From positions 1 to 54,170 of the forward strand of contig MQRK01251438.1 of the NCBI GenBank assembly GCA_001938485.1: 54,170 nt of DNA, given 5' to 3'. A program made the position numbers and the translations under genes. The DNA is from Girardia tigrina (Eukaryota). Below, piece after piece: positions 26,330-39,378 of the stretch; within the stretch, counting starts at the first letter, position 1; each line of letters opens with the position of its first letter. The notes beneath the pieces were generated by a model. It was given only the letters and a program-made list of their open reading frames with translations, did no database searches and was not told the DNA's origin.

Positions 26330-27101
26330 ATGACTGAATTTGTTATGTATAGTAAAACCAAGCCACCTATAGCAAAGTCCATTGTCTTGAACTGACGATG
26401 AAAACATTTATAACTGAGGCAATCAAGAAATCATTGATTTGTAATGCTTTAAATTGCATTAATCCTTGAAAAGCGAATAAGCCAATAAATTTCTCTCTTG
26501 AGACATAATCTAACGCTGACAATGGATATATTAATTAAATAACTTAAATGAAAATACTTCAATATTTCAGAAAAAAATACAACTTCTATTCTAATCATGG
26601 ACAATGCAAGATTTCAGAAGATCAACTTTTGTCCTTTCTAAGAGAAAATAATGTCCCATTTAAATTTCTTACATCATATTTTCCGAAATTAAATCCCATT
26701 GAAGAATTCTTTTCAATGGTTAAGTCAAGATTTAGGGAATTGAATTTACGAATATTTCGACTATGAAATATATCGATCGTGTTCTCACCAAAAACATTGA
26801 TTATTCGAGTCAATGTTAATGATTCTTCAATCATATTTTAGAATGGTTTGAGAAAGTCCGTCAGAGACAGCCCTTTATTTATTAACACATGTTTTTTGTA
26901 TTTATGTATAAAAACATTATCATTCATAATAAATATATAAAATTTTGGGTATAAATTTTTAATTTGTATGTAAGAAAATTATTTAAATCTCTCTAAACAA
27001 CTAGATTCTTAATAATTCTGATTTGTTTTTAAAAAAAATCTAAATTATAGGAAATGGGTACATAGAATTGAAATATTGGGTATATAGAAATGAAATACCC
27101 T
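26330..27101 (+). mobile_element. IS630/Tc1-type DDE transposon 3' fragment
   Basis: ILIMDNARF, then (after a frameshift) FLTSYFPKLNPIEEFFSMVKS, a decayed YSPxLNPIE motif. Right TIR-like end ...gaaatgaaataccctg|TA. Confidence 0.7.
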
Positions 27102-27699
27102 GTAAAAATAGAAATAAAACAACCAATTCGAGCGATGTCAAACGGTGAAAGATCTTCTGAGAGTTTTAATTACTCTAAATGTGATAGTATAAAAAATTCA
27201 AATGAAAATTGTCTCAGTGTTCTTAACAGCATTCAAATCTCGATATTGGTTCGAATGACAACTATAAAATATTAATTTCATAATAAATTACCGGAATTCA
27301 AAAAATAGTTTCACATAGAGTAAACTTTAAAAGGAAACACTTTTTTAATATTAGAAAATATTGAATTTTTTCTTAATAATAAAAAATTTTTAGTTCTAAA
27401 ATTTTACATATTTAATAATCTATAATTAAAATATTTACTTGCATAGACAAGAAGCAATAGTTTAAAGTTTAATTATGCGATATTTAATACATTTTATTAC
27501 GCCAGAACAAAGATTTGATTGAAACTGAAAATTCTGTACCTAAAAATGTACACTAAATTAACAATTTAACGTTTAAAAAATATGCATGTATATTTTCTAA
27601 CCCCTCATCAATATGTCTACATTCATCTTTTATGCACGCACACACCTACTCAAGACATAAACAGTCTTTAAAGAGCACATAACACACATTTTATTTGTA

Positions 27700-27937
27700 T
27701 TAGGTTGAGGAATAAGTTCCCGCTGTTTTTTGAATTTTTAATCAATTTAATATTTAAATCAATTTTTTTGATTTGGGCGATTTCTACCAAAGAGACATTG
27801 AAAAACTCGTTGATCGTTGGGAAGAAGTCGTGAACAATGGCGGAGATTATATTTGTGATTAATTTGTAGTAACTTTTTTGTTAAAAAATAAAATTTTAAT
27901 TTTTCAAAAAACAACGGGAACTTATTCCTCAACCCAA
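27700..27937 (+). mobile_element. Mariner-derived MITE (238 bp)
   Basis: TA-flanked TIRs TTAGGTTGAGGAATAAGTTCCCG.TGTTTTTTGAA. Retains the transposase C-terminus FYQRDIEKLVDRWEEVVNNGGDY. Confidence 0.9.
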
Positions 27938-29944
27938 TAATTGTGAGATTTTAGTTAACCCAAGAAGTGTTCCCGCCAGAACTTTTCCTTTGGGGTGGGA
28001 AACAGGAAAACATGTTAACAGGAAAACCCAATTAATGTTCTTAATAGGGGGAACCGCGATATGCATGCAGTTTCTTCCATTCTAAATCAGAGCGGATACT
28101 GATGATGAAGCAATGTGGTATTATAGTAATTTATCATAAAGAAAAAAAGAATGGTTTTAAATTGACTAAGAAAGAAATAATTCTTCCAGTGGAAAAACTT
28201 TATCCATATCATCCAATGACAGTTATTGACCAAAAAAGTGAATAACTATCAGGAAAGCACAAAAAGAAATAGAAACACACCTTTTACTATAATACGACAA
28301 AGAAACACACTAATAAACATCAGAATAGAGTAAAACAACAAGTGTGTCACTGATTCACAAAATCTTGCGTATCTTAATAAAGGAATAGTGGTATGCGAAT
28401 TCTTATTTCCTTTTGTTTGTGCCATTTATAGACAACTTCTCGCGCTTCTTCATCTGTCATCTTTTCTGGACCATCCATCGTGACCAGCGTACATGCTTCC
28501 AAGTTTTCAACGGACATACGTTACCTTTAACGCGTTTACCTTTAACATCCATGCCACTGAACGACCTCTTAACACTTGGTGTTCCCAAAAGACGCGGAAG
28601 AATAACTGATTAGAGGTTAATTTAGAGGTTAGGCAAAGTTCCAATCAAAACTTCTGTTGAATACACCAAAGATCGAAGAAGGAATGATTACCTTTTGTCG
28701 AAAAAATATCAGATGGTTGCGAAACACATTAAACTCCTCCAATGCTTTCTCTGTTATGCTGTTGAGAACTGAATAACTTGCATAAATAAATTCGCAGCTA
28801 TGTGGCCGATTCTAATCGATCTAAACGACAATAAAACAATTAATATGAAACCAAAAACCTTTCTTTAACAGCATTTCATAAATGAACACAGCTACCACAA
28901 CAGCAAAGCAAAGTTTGGGATTATATCAGTAATTTTACATATTTTCTGGCGAGTCAAATACAATCCTATATTTACCTAAGCTTATTGTTGTGTTAACTGT
29001 GTATGAAATGTGTTCTCCGCATCGTACAAGTCAAGAAAATTGAGGTACTCATCTTGAAAATCTAATGAAGGGTCAAATAATGAAGTTACGGAGTACATCG
29101 CAATAAATTGACTTGAAAATCAATCTGAAAAGTTTTCAAACAGACACATGATAAATGGTTTCACAATTTTCGAATGCATAAAAACAGGATCGATTTGATT
29201 TTCTTTAACAAGAACTATTGACGTTGATTGAATGAAGTGATGTGTTTCATCTTGATAAAGAATATGATTTCCCATTAATTCATTCAAAGGGCCTTTGTTA
29301 GTTGATATGAACTCATCCATTCTCAAGAGAGTAGAGTTTGAAGACTGAAACTGATTTGATAAAATGATAAAAAGGTTGAAGAATACTCTTCAATGCAAAG
29401 AGTAGAGTAATTCCCTTTGATGCCTGAAGTGTCAACAGCAGACCACAGCTTCTGATGATAAGACATCCCCATCTTCATAAATTTCTTGCAAAAAGACTAA
29501 TATTGATTCCAAACATTTGATTGTCGATGCAATAAACTGATAGGAAGATGTCCACTTTGTGTTGTCAGACTGGGCAAGATCCATTTCTGATCCATCAAGC
29601 AAGTCTTGAATTGCTTTAAATTTTCCGAGGTTCTTCGGACTGTTGTAGAGGAGTCGCCACAGGCTGTTTAGAGTGGAGAAGATCATTTTAATTTACGGAT
29701 ACTTTTAAGCACAAGATTCGAAAAATTAAAAGTAACAGAAAAAAAATATTTGACGCGTTTAAACAACGCATATTTAATTTAAAGTATATATATATATATA
29801 TGTTTTTAACTTCAAGTTAAACTTTTTTAATTTCAAATTAAAGTTTTTAAATTCAAATGAACTTTTTTTAAATATCTAACAAATCTTCTTATCTTATAAA
29901 AGCCCAAGTCACTCACTGCCTCACTGCCTCACTAACGCTCATAT

Positions 29945-30180
29945 TATCTACTTACAATTGTAAGTAGATATTTATATTAATAATAATTCATATGGAAAAT
30001 TATTATTAGCAGAATTTTCCATATGAATTATTATTAATATAATTATCTACTTACAATTGTAAGTAGATATTTATATTAATAATAATTCATATGGAAAATT
30101 ATTATTAGCAGAATTTTCCATATGAATTATTATTAATATAATTATCTACTTACAATTGTAAGTAGATAATTATATTAATA
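29945..30180. repeat. 99-bp tandem repeat (~2.4 copies) built from palindromes
   Basis: Units start at 29945, 30044 and 30143. Each has the perfect palindrome TATCTACTTACAATTGTAAGTAGATA; the two full units also have a 29-bp inverted repeat around an 11-nt loop. Confidence 0.92.
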
Positions 30181-30181
30181 A

Positions 30182-30585
30182 CTAGCGCGCTCGGCCCGCT
30201 TCGCGGCCCTCTCTTGCCGGGGGTTCAATTTTTTTTATATTATAAAAGCCCAAGTCACTCACTTCCTGTCTCACTGCCTCACTAATGCTGTAAGGTAAAT
30301 TTTTGAAATAATAACAGAATTTTTCATAATAAATTGATATTTTTTCACATTTATTTTTCAACAAATAATACTATTATTACGTCAACAANNNNNNNNNNNN
30401 NNNNNNNNNNNNNNNNNNNNNNNNNNNNNNNNNNNNNNGATATTTTTTCACATTTATTTTTCAACAAATAATACTATTATTACGTCAACAATTATTACGT
30501 AAGTGCGTTAGTGAAGCAGGCAGTGAGTGACTTGGGCTTTTATAATATATATAATAATTATCTAATTTATCTTTATAAGATAAGA
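30182..30585 (-). mobile_element. Non-autonomous Helitron (inner, opposite strand)
   Basis: Minus strand A|TCTTATCTTATAAA..TATAAAAGCCCAAGTCACTCACTG 5' end; GC hairpin GGCCGCGAAGCGGGCC followed by CTAG|T at 30185-30181. Confidence 0.7.
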
Positions 30586-32376
30586 TGATAGGTTAAACTT
30601 TGACAATTACAAAGAATGGAATGTAAAGTCAAAATAATGGAAATACAATTACTAAAAGGGCATCAGATAAAATGTGTCTGGGCATCTGAAATATTTAAAT
30701 TGTGAAGTCCACATAAATTTTTCTAATATAACATACCAAATTTAACAGGGAGACTATTGTTTTTCATGCGTCATAATTTAAACTTTTCTCAAAAATTTTT
30801 ACCCGTCATACATGAGGGGTTATTTACTAGTAGCTAATAAAAGTTAATTGGAATTTTAAAAATTTTAATTTGAAATTATGAAATGTTAATTTGGGTGTCA
30901 AAAAATTTAATTGAAAAATAAAAGTTTAATGTGAAATTAAAAAGTTTATCTTGAAGTTAAAACCCTATATAATTTACTATTAATTAAATTTTATTAAATA
31001 CTTTTTCATTTTAATTTTTAATTTTAAAATAATTTTTTAAACAATCTGTAAAAATTTTGGGGGGGAATACAGCGATTTTGGGGAGAAAGTTTCCGCCAAA
31101 AGTTCTGGCTGGAACACTGAAAAACATTTCTTAAATAATAGTATATGTTAAAATGGAGTTTTTAACCTTTGAGCTACTAAAACATTTAGATGAAGTTTCT
31201 TAAACAATTCTTTTGTTTAAGTGGATTTCATTTGTACCCGTTTTGCAACGAGAAAAGGGTTTATATTCTGCACAAGAATAATTTTTGTCTTGACTTGTTA
31301 GTAACTGCAAATTCATTGGACTAAAAAATGTAAATGTAAATAATATTATATAACTTTAATGCGATGGTGACCTGATGTTTCCATGATACATAATTAAAAA
31401 AATAAAAAAAAACTTAGGTTAAGGTCAGGGTTAGGACTAGGGTTATAAGGTATATTTATATGTGATGAAACGGCATATTTATATATGAAACTTATTTACA
31501 AGTGATGTTTTGCTCTTGTGGTGTTTGTAACGTTTTGTCCTAGAACCAAATTTGAGATATTATTTCGTCATAAAATGCAGAACCGAAATATCGAGATGTA
31601 TCTAAGACGGCAGCATATGAACATTGACTATCCTCAAGATAAATTACAAATTGTAAAACAAAATATATGATTATGAGGAGTTGTACTCGTGAAACATGTT
31701 TTGAAACATATTAACAGTGAATATTTTAATAAAACCTTTGGTTTAGTTTTATTATAAAATATGTTTAATCAATTTTAATTTAAATCTATATCAAATCGAA
31801 TGTAAAATAATACATGCGATACATTAAAAAAAAATAAAAAGTTTAAAATTTTGAAAGTCAGGGCTGTGCGAGTAATTGCTGTTGATTTACGTGTGTCGCG
31901 TTATGATAACTCGCAAGTCTCTCGGATACTGCTATATTAACTTTCATAACACGTCAGATGCCAGATATTCCTTGGATCAAATAAATTTCGACACTATGAC
32001 AGGCCGATCTATCTCATAATATTCTCATAATCATGTAATCTCAACCTGATCCATCGTAACGTATGAAGAACGTGTACTCCTCAGGATCGCTATCTGTGAT
32101 AAATCGACTGAAGACCGATTGCGACCGGCAAATGATGTGTGAAAAAACTTGAAGGTGTCTTAATCAAACCAACATCTCTTATGGATACATCATCAATACG
32201 TGATTCATTTTTTTATTAAAAAAATTAAAAATTCTCATATTTGTTTTTTTCGCAAGTATAAACTTGTACAGAGCGTTCGTGTTACTCATTTATAAACCTA
32301 GAGTCACAATTTGAATAACAATAAGTGAAAAATGTTAAACTGATTGGTTTTGTTTTAAATTCATCAGGATATTAAA

Positions 32377-35300
32377 AGTAGGGGGAAATGATAGTTTTAC
32401 ATCAATCGATAATTGAGCCCCCAGGGGGTCACCCGTTGCCATGGCAACGGTTCTGGTTATATCAACAACGGCTTCAATCACCTTAGCAAAGGTAACCAAG
32501 GTCGCAGTCACCCTAACAATGGTAACCAAGGGACATTTTTTCATTAGCAACGGATTAAATATTTAATTCGCATGAAATCATGAGATAAAGGGATCGTTTT
32601 GACGAGAAACTAAATTATATATTGTAAAAAAAATAAATAAATAATTTTGAGTGACATTTATCAAATCTAATGATAGTTTAATTAGAGAAAGTCGATGTGA
32701 GAGATAATATAAATGGTGAGTAGATCAAGACACATAAGACAAAACAAATAAACAACAGATTCGATGATTTGAACAGCGAAATTTTGCACCTTGTTACTAA
32801 ATGACAACTGGACTTTGTGAGCAACCAAATATTGCTGATTGAGTTCGTCCATAATCATCATTTTAATTTCATTGTTTATGTGTCTTCTAAGAGTCATTGT
32901 CGTCAGTTCTACGGCAATTTGATTCTTTACTCGTCCGGTTCTCTTTGATCTGTAACATTTGTTTGAATGTTATGAAAGGATTATATTCTCTAAAATACTT
33001 CTCCGTAATAATTTCCACTTCATTACTCATCTTCAATTATAAAATTTATTTATGTATTATTGACTTTTTATTAACTTAGACTTTACCGGTTAATTATCAG
33101 TTTCCTTTAGTTTCTTTCTTTTCTTTCTTTTATTTTTCCTAGCAAAACTGCCAGATTTGTAATAAGTAAATTTCGAATTACGAAAATAACATTTATCCCT
33201 CAATAAAAATTTTTATATTTATAATTTACCTCCTTTTGAACAAAAATTCAGATTCCAAATACACGCTTAGACTAATTATTTGTCGTTTAAAATAGATACG
33301 TATATAATAAAAAAATATTTAAAAATTTAAATACAAATAATTTTCTTGTGTAAAAAACATTTTAGTGTTTTTAAGTGTGAAAGTGACTCTCTGAAGACTA
33401 GACTATCTAAATTTGCAATCGGTACCGAACTATTCTGTTAAAAAATTTCCAGTCGGACCGAATATTTCAGGATTTTACTGTAATCTTATAGTCGCACCGC
33501 GCCAAAACTCATTAAAATAGTCTCATTAATTGGTCGTTCATCTTGATCGTTCAAAAGGATCGATCGGGCAACTTCTTCGAGTTGTGGCAAAAAAAATCTC
33601 GATTCCGAATCGATCAAATTGTATTAAAATTGCTAACAATATACAGTTAAACTCCGACAAACCACTATCTACTAAGTAGGCTTTACGTGAAAGAATCTTC
33701 TCCGCGACAAAAACGACAAATTTCATTTTTATCTGAATTTGAATTTTCGATCACCCAAATACCAGGCCGAGAGAACGTAGTAGCAGACTGCTTTTCCCAC
33801 TCTGTTTCCTCTGTAGAATTCCAAACTATGAAAATTTGTTTCGTTTTACCACTATCACTCTTAAAAAAAACTTCATTTTAAGAAGATATTAAACGTGCTC
33901 ATTGAGGTTCACATTGAGTGAAAATTTCAACCATGTCACACACCTAATTTTTCCTCTAATAAATGTTTTGTATTGCAAGAAAGGTGGTATGGTGCACCAT
34001 TTGAAGTATCTGACATTGATTGTTTTCAAATCACTTCTGAGCAAAGAGAAAGAAATTATTTTTGAAGATTTTCAATATATTTACCACTCTTTATTGTGAC
34101 AATAATTGAATGTCAAATACATAATTCGAGAGACAAGAAGTACATATTAACATTTATGGTGTAATTAATTTGACCGATAAAGTAGTTTTAAAGTAGGTTG
34201 ATAAGGTCATGTTGAAGGTCTATAAGGTATTGTAATGGTTGTTGAGGTACATTTGATAGTTGATATGATAATTTTTAGGGCTGTTAAGGTATATGTTAGG
34301 GATTATAATACAGTTGTTGATGTATTTCTGATGGTTGATATTGTATTAATGATGATTGATGATATAATTTTGATGGTTGATAAGTTGGTTCATTTAGTAA
34401 TTTATATATTATTAGGTATTCTTATATTTTTTTATATGTTCAACTGTTCATTACGTTAACATGATGAATGCATTACAAATTCATGATGAATGCATAACAA
34501 ATACATGTTGTAATGCTTGTTTTCTAGAAAGCCCATGAATGTTTTAAGTATAGTACAGGTTTTATATAAATTGTTTTCATATATTATATTAAAAGTTTAT
34601 ATATCATGTTTACGGTAACCAAGATACTATTGATAGTTGATCAGGTACATTAGCTGATTATGCAGATGTTTTGTATAATGTCTATGCACGTTTTAAGTAC
34701 AATAGCAGTTTTATACATGTAGATTTTACGTATAATATAAAAGGTTATTTATCTTGGTTACTGTAAGCAAGGTACTTATGATTGTTAATGATGTACCTTA
34801 GATGATTTATGAGGTATTGTTTGATGGTAAATAACATACATATATCATAGGGATTTCATATATATACGAAAAAATCGATTTTTGAGCACCATTTTGAGAA
34901 TTTCAGAAATATTCGAAAAAATCGATATTTCAGCACATTTTTGAAAATGTTGATATGGAATATGAATGTAAGTATATGGATTCCTATTCAAAAGCATCAT
35001 CACTTTTTTGATATTCTGCTTCTTTGTACCTCTAAAATCAATGTGCTTTTTCTGTAAATTTACACATGTTATTTATATGAAAAAGTAATCAATATATGAA
35101 AATTCTAATTGCACATTTAGATAGAGAATCAAAATGTACATCAAACACATGATATAGATTTTTGACACTAGCACTTTTAAAAATTTTTATGTATTGATTT
35201 TTGCACAAATGCAGCTTGAAAAGCACTATGCTAGCACATTAAAAATGTGCAGTACAATGTGCACTATCGATTAGCACTTTTAAAATATCAATTAGCACAT

Positions 35301-35543
35301 TTTGGCACTGTGCAGCGATCGATTAACACTTTTTTCTACGGTAACCGTTACCATGGTTAAAACCGCCTTAAATTACTGTATCCGTTGTTAATTAAAAATG
35401 TCCATTGGTTACCCTAGCTAAGGTGATTGGAACCGTTGTTAAGGCAACCAAAACCGTTAATATGGTAACCGTTGACATGGCAACGGGTACACTCCACGGA
35501 GGGTCACTTATCGATTGATGTAGAACTCTCATTTCCCCCTACT
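32377..35543. mobile_element. Non-autonomous Maverick/Polinton-like element (3167 bp)
   Basis: Imperfect ~180-bp TIRs begin AGTAGGGGGAAATG and end CATTTCCCCCTACT. Direct 6-bp repeat ATTAAA at 32371-32376 and 35544-35549. No recognisable polB, integrase or capsid ORFs. Confidence 0.65.
33640..33830 (+). mobile_element. Ty3/gypsy RNase H C-terminal fragment
   Basis: SDKPL...SPRQKRQISFLSEFEFSITQIPGRENVVADCFS. Confidence 0.75.
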
Positions 35544-36231
35544 ATTAAAATACCTATAAATGAAACACATTATATATATTAGTAAAAAAGTAAAGATACA
35601 TCAAAAGTATAAAGTGAATGATCTTCTGCTTTATAAAATATTATTATCAATAATTACTTTCTTTAATATATTATAAGAAACTTTAAACATTGCTTGATGA
35701 AATATAATAAATTATATTTTTAAATTTATGAGGATTATGTGGCGAACTTTCTATACATCCTTGTAATTCAAACTTGAAAAGAAAATTATTAAAGTTATTT
35801 TTGCTTATTGATTTCCAGTAGTTTCATTAAAAGTTTAAATTATTATTATTGATTCTGCTGAGTTTTCTCCAGTGCTACATTATTTGTTTTCAAAGAATAT
35901 TTGACGTTAACCTACCAGTGGATATAAATGTTTGTGAAAATGGGATTGCAGCTAGTCTTATCGTCTTCAAATGTATAGCACACAGACAAACGATTAAATA
36001 ATTCAAGTTTACTTGTAAAAAGAAATATACTTTATTTTCTATCTATGAATTTAAAGTAACGCTATAATCACCAGTGATTTGAATTTAATTTAAATGGGAC
36101 GAAAACCTATTAATTACAGGTATAAAAAAGAAGGTTAAACAATATAGGATATACGTCATGATTTTTATAAATTTTCGAATTTCAATATAAATATTTATAA
36201 GACTGCATGACATAAATTTATAATTATATAT

Positions 36232-36275
<44 letters not shown>

Positions 36276-38055
36276 TTAAAATGTAAATATTATTAGTGTA
36301 AAGTAGCGAATTCTACGAATTATAAGACATGTTGCAATTCGCCACCTTTACTAAAATGATAGAACGACGAGTAAACTAACCTAATCTAAAAAACAGTATT
36401 TTGATTAACTTAGTTATATATAACAAAAAAAACATTCAAAAAAAAAATAAAAATACACCGATTAACAAAATCTTTAATAAAACCATAACTAGTATACACG
36501 AACCGCTGGTATTAAATTTTTCAAATTGTCAATTGGAAACCTTCATGTTTTCAGGGAAAATGGTTAACTGATAAATTGTTTCTGGTTAATATACCGTCCA
36601 AAATAACTTCAGATATTCCACAAGTTAATATTTCCGTTATTGATTCATTAGTTGATTATTTATTTTTTATATCGTCGTTGACGATAATATATCATTTATT
36701 TCATGTATAAAAATAAATAATGGATAAAAATAAATAATGCACACAAGAAAAAATTAAATAAATAAATAAATAAGCCAACATTCAATGACACAATCAACAA
36801 TGAAAAATCCAACACCAAACGCAAAAGAGATACAAGAATGATCGAAAGCAAACACAAATACCAAAGGTTACACAAAAAAGATAATAACTCAGTGTCAGAG
36901 ACCCATTAGCTATTCCATCACACGTACACACACACCAACTTCAAATTGATGTCGAAATAAAGAGGTCATTAGTTTATTGATCTTTAATTCATAAAAAAGT
37001 ATTTTTTTAATATCGATATTATCCCCGCATTATAATTTTCATGCAACTTTTTAATTTATACTTTTCTTTAATATAGAAAATACATAAAAAATGCATAATA
37101 AAATGTTTTTGTTTCATTTTGAGTTGAATAAATAACTAATTCCCATTTATTATTACCAAAATTTTATAATTTCAATAGTTTCAACGTTGATTAATAAATT
37201 TGAAATGAAAAAAGAATAAATAATTCAATAAATTTTTTACTGACAGACTCTAATTAGATAATGAAAAAGAAATACAAAACTAAGCATATTTTAAATCGAG
37301 ACATTTTACGTAACCATGGTTACTAAACAATTATCGTTGAATTTAAACAAACGAAAAAATTAAATGAATAAATTTTGTTTTAAAATTTATTTTTACACGA
37401 TTTCTTTTGAACAGAAAAATTAATACGAAATATTTTTGAAAAAAAATTTAATGTTTTAAGATTGATGTTTTACATATTTATAAATTACTTATAAATGAAC
37501 CGGATAAAAGATTTAAAATTTAGTAAAAGTCGTTTAAGGAGACATTTGAAATTCAGAGTTAACAGTTAATTCAAATTTAAATTGAATAATTTTAAATATT
37601 CTTACATTGACAAAACTGAAATAATCCGACCCATAGAAGACATACAAATAGGAGCATTGTTTATTTCAAAAAATTAACATTGATTGATTGAAAACAGATA
37701 TCTGTTGAATGTGATTGGTTGATTGTTCCAGGAAATGAGACACATACGACACGGAGAAAGAAAAGTTTTGAATTTTGACTCAAGACTGAAATTTTATTTC
37801 TCTTAGCTAAATTCAAATTGAGTATCACTTAAATTATTCTTTTTTAAAAACTGCAAAAAGAAACCATCAACTATTGGAAAATTAGATTTTTCCGTTTTGT
37901 ATTATTTACCGGTATTTTGCCATTCATTATTTTTTGAAGCAATTAATAAAGATATAAAACCATAAAACGGTTAAATTAAAAGAAATATATATTTTTATAT
38001 ATTGATTACTACCAATTAGTTTGAAATATAATTTTATTTCTTGAGACATTGGTAA

Positions 38056-38755
38056 TTTTTACCACGTTTTCTTAGCTTGGTTTCTTGTCTGTCTGTCTGT
38101 CTGGAACAAATCTTGCGATTGATTTTTCGACCACTTTCAGTCATCCAATTGAGCTGAATTTTTTATACAGGCTTGCTTCCGGTGACAATACAATATTTTA
38201 CAACATTTACTATACGGATGTACGGAAAAAATTAATAAATTGAACAAATATTGTGAAAATCAAGTGATAATTAAGTGTTAGGTTTAAAAATTATTTTGAA
38301 ATAAAACTTGCTTTTATTAAAATAAAACTTTGTTATTTTGGTTTTATTATCATTTCTGTTATTCGAAATCAATCGAAAGATTTGAAGTCCTAAATGATAA
38401 CCAAAAATAGTTAAATAATATTATTAATAAAAAAAAATTTTTTATAAAAACAACCACGTTTTTCAAGCATTACCAATGCACTGAAAAGAGGAAAATAATT
38501 TTTTTTCTAGACATGTGAGAAATTTTATACTTGACCGAAAACGTGGGGCATAGAAATGATCCATTGTTACTAAAAAGCAGTAAAGAGGACATAGCAGTTA
38601 CTAATAGCAGTAATTCAGAAATCCGCCCCACGTTTTTGGTTAAGTATAAAATTTCACACATATCTAGAAAAAAATTATTTTCATCTTTTTAGTGTATTGG
38701 TAATGCTTGAAAAACGTGGTCGTTTTTATAAAAATTTTTTTTTATTAATAATATT
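38056..38755. mobile_element. Composite foldback + (TGTC)n element, copy 2 (complete hairpin 38417-38755)
   Basis: ~130-bp inverted arms (38417-38548 and 38625-38755) around a ~75-bp spacer, joined to the microsatellite tail also seen at 10050-10210. Confidence 0.88.
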
Positions 38756-39378
38756 TTCAACACAATTTCTTTTAATAAAAAAATTGAAAATTAAAATTCC
38801 TTTTCATTTATCTTATTACGATTTTTTTGAAAATTTTTAGTATCACACGAGCATGTCAAAGATTTTAATGATATATTATGACAATAAAATTAAAATAAAA
38901 TGAAAAAGAAGTTAAAATTAATGCGCAAAAAATACATAAAATAAATATGAAAAGAATATTTTGTTTGAACTTTATTTCGCTATATTAAAGTCTGTAGATT
39001 AAATAATTATCATTTTTAATTTTGATACTTTTATTAGTATTTTTATAAAACAATTATAATAATAATTATGAATTATTTATTTATTATTACATTTTTGTTT
39101 AAATTTGTTTTTGTTAACTCATTAAGAGGTCTTTTCAAAACATTTTTTTCAATTTTGGTAGTTGTTAAGACGTCTGTCCATTATAATAATCATTTGAAAA
39201 AAATTTAAGTAGATTTATTATACACAAAATTTAAACAAATATTCCCATTTTTTAAAATTTTGATAATCATGTCGTTGATCTTTAACATTAAATAATTTCT
39301 TATCCTTCTTCGTAACACCAAGAAGTTTTGAAATTTCAAAAATATCTTTTATTATTTTTTTAATTGGGTGAAAGATTT

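Larger units (their letters stand above)
29884..30830 (+). mobile_element. Non-autonomous Helitron (outer)
   Basis: A|TCTTCTTATCTTATAAAAGCC 5' end; 3' hairpin ACCCGTCAT-AC-ATGAGGGGT followed by CTAG|T (30827-30831). Inserted at an A|T site with no TSD. Confidence 0.7.
27965..31119 (-). mobile_element. hAT element with decayed transposase (~28390-29690) and nested insertions
   Basis: TIRs (A/C)AGTGTTCC(C/A)GCCAGAACTTTT at both ends. Peptides YNSPKN..AIQ..DNTKWTS and the dimerisation domain GTPSVKRSFSGM..RMSVENLEAC..MDGPE..VYKW. No matching TSD. Confidence 0.85.

Noticed and set aside
29945-30180. CRISPR-like array of palindromic repeats
   Set aside because: The spacers are identical, the context is eukaryotic and there are no cas genes.
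30337-30492. ~52-bp direct repeat flanking the 50-N gap
   Set aside because: The same sequence on both sides of a fixed-size gap indicates an unmerged contig overlap, not a real duplication.
31414-31450. Interstitial telomere-like TTAGGG repeats
   Set aside because: Only ~5 degenerate units; more likely the interior of a small DNA-transposon remnant.
34235-34459. Val/Asp/Ile-rich 74-aa ORF
   Set aside because: A by-product of the degenerate gttgata tandem repeats inside the Maverick-like element.
36700-36960. Candidate distal nAChR first exon (MLAYLFIYLIFS...)
   Set aside because: The hydrophobicity comes from a TTTA repeat, and there is no convincing phase-1 donor before the stop.
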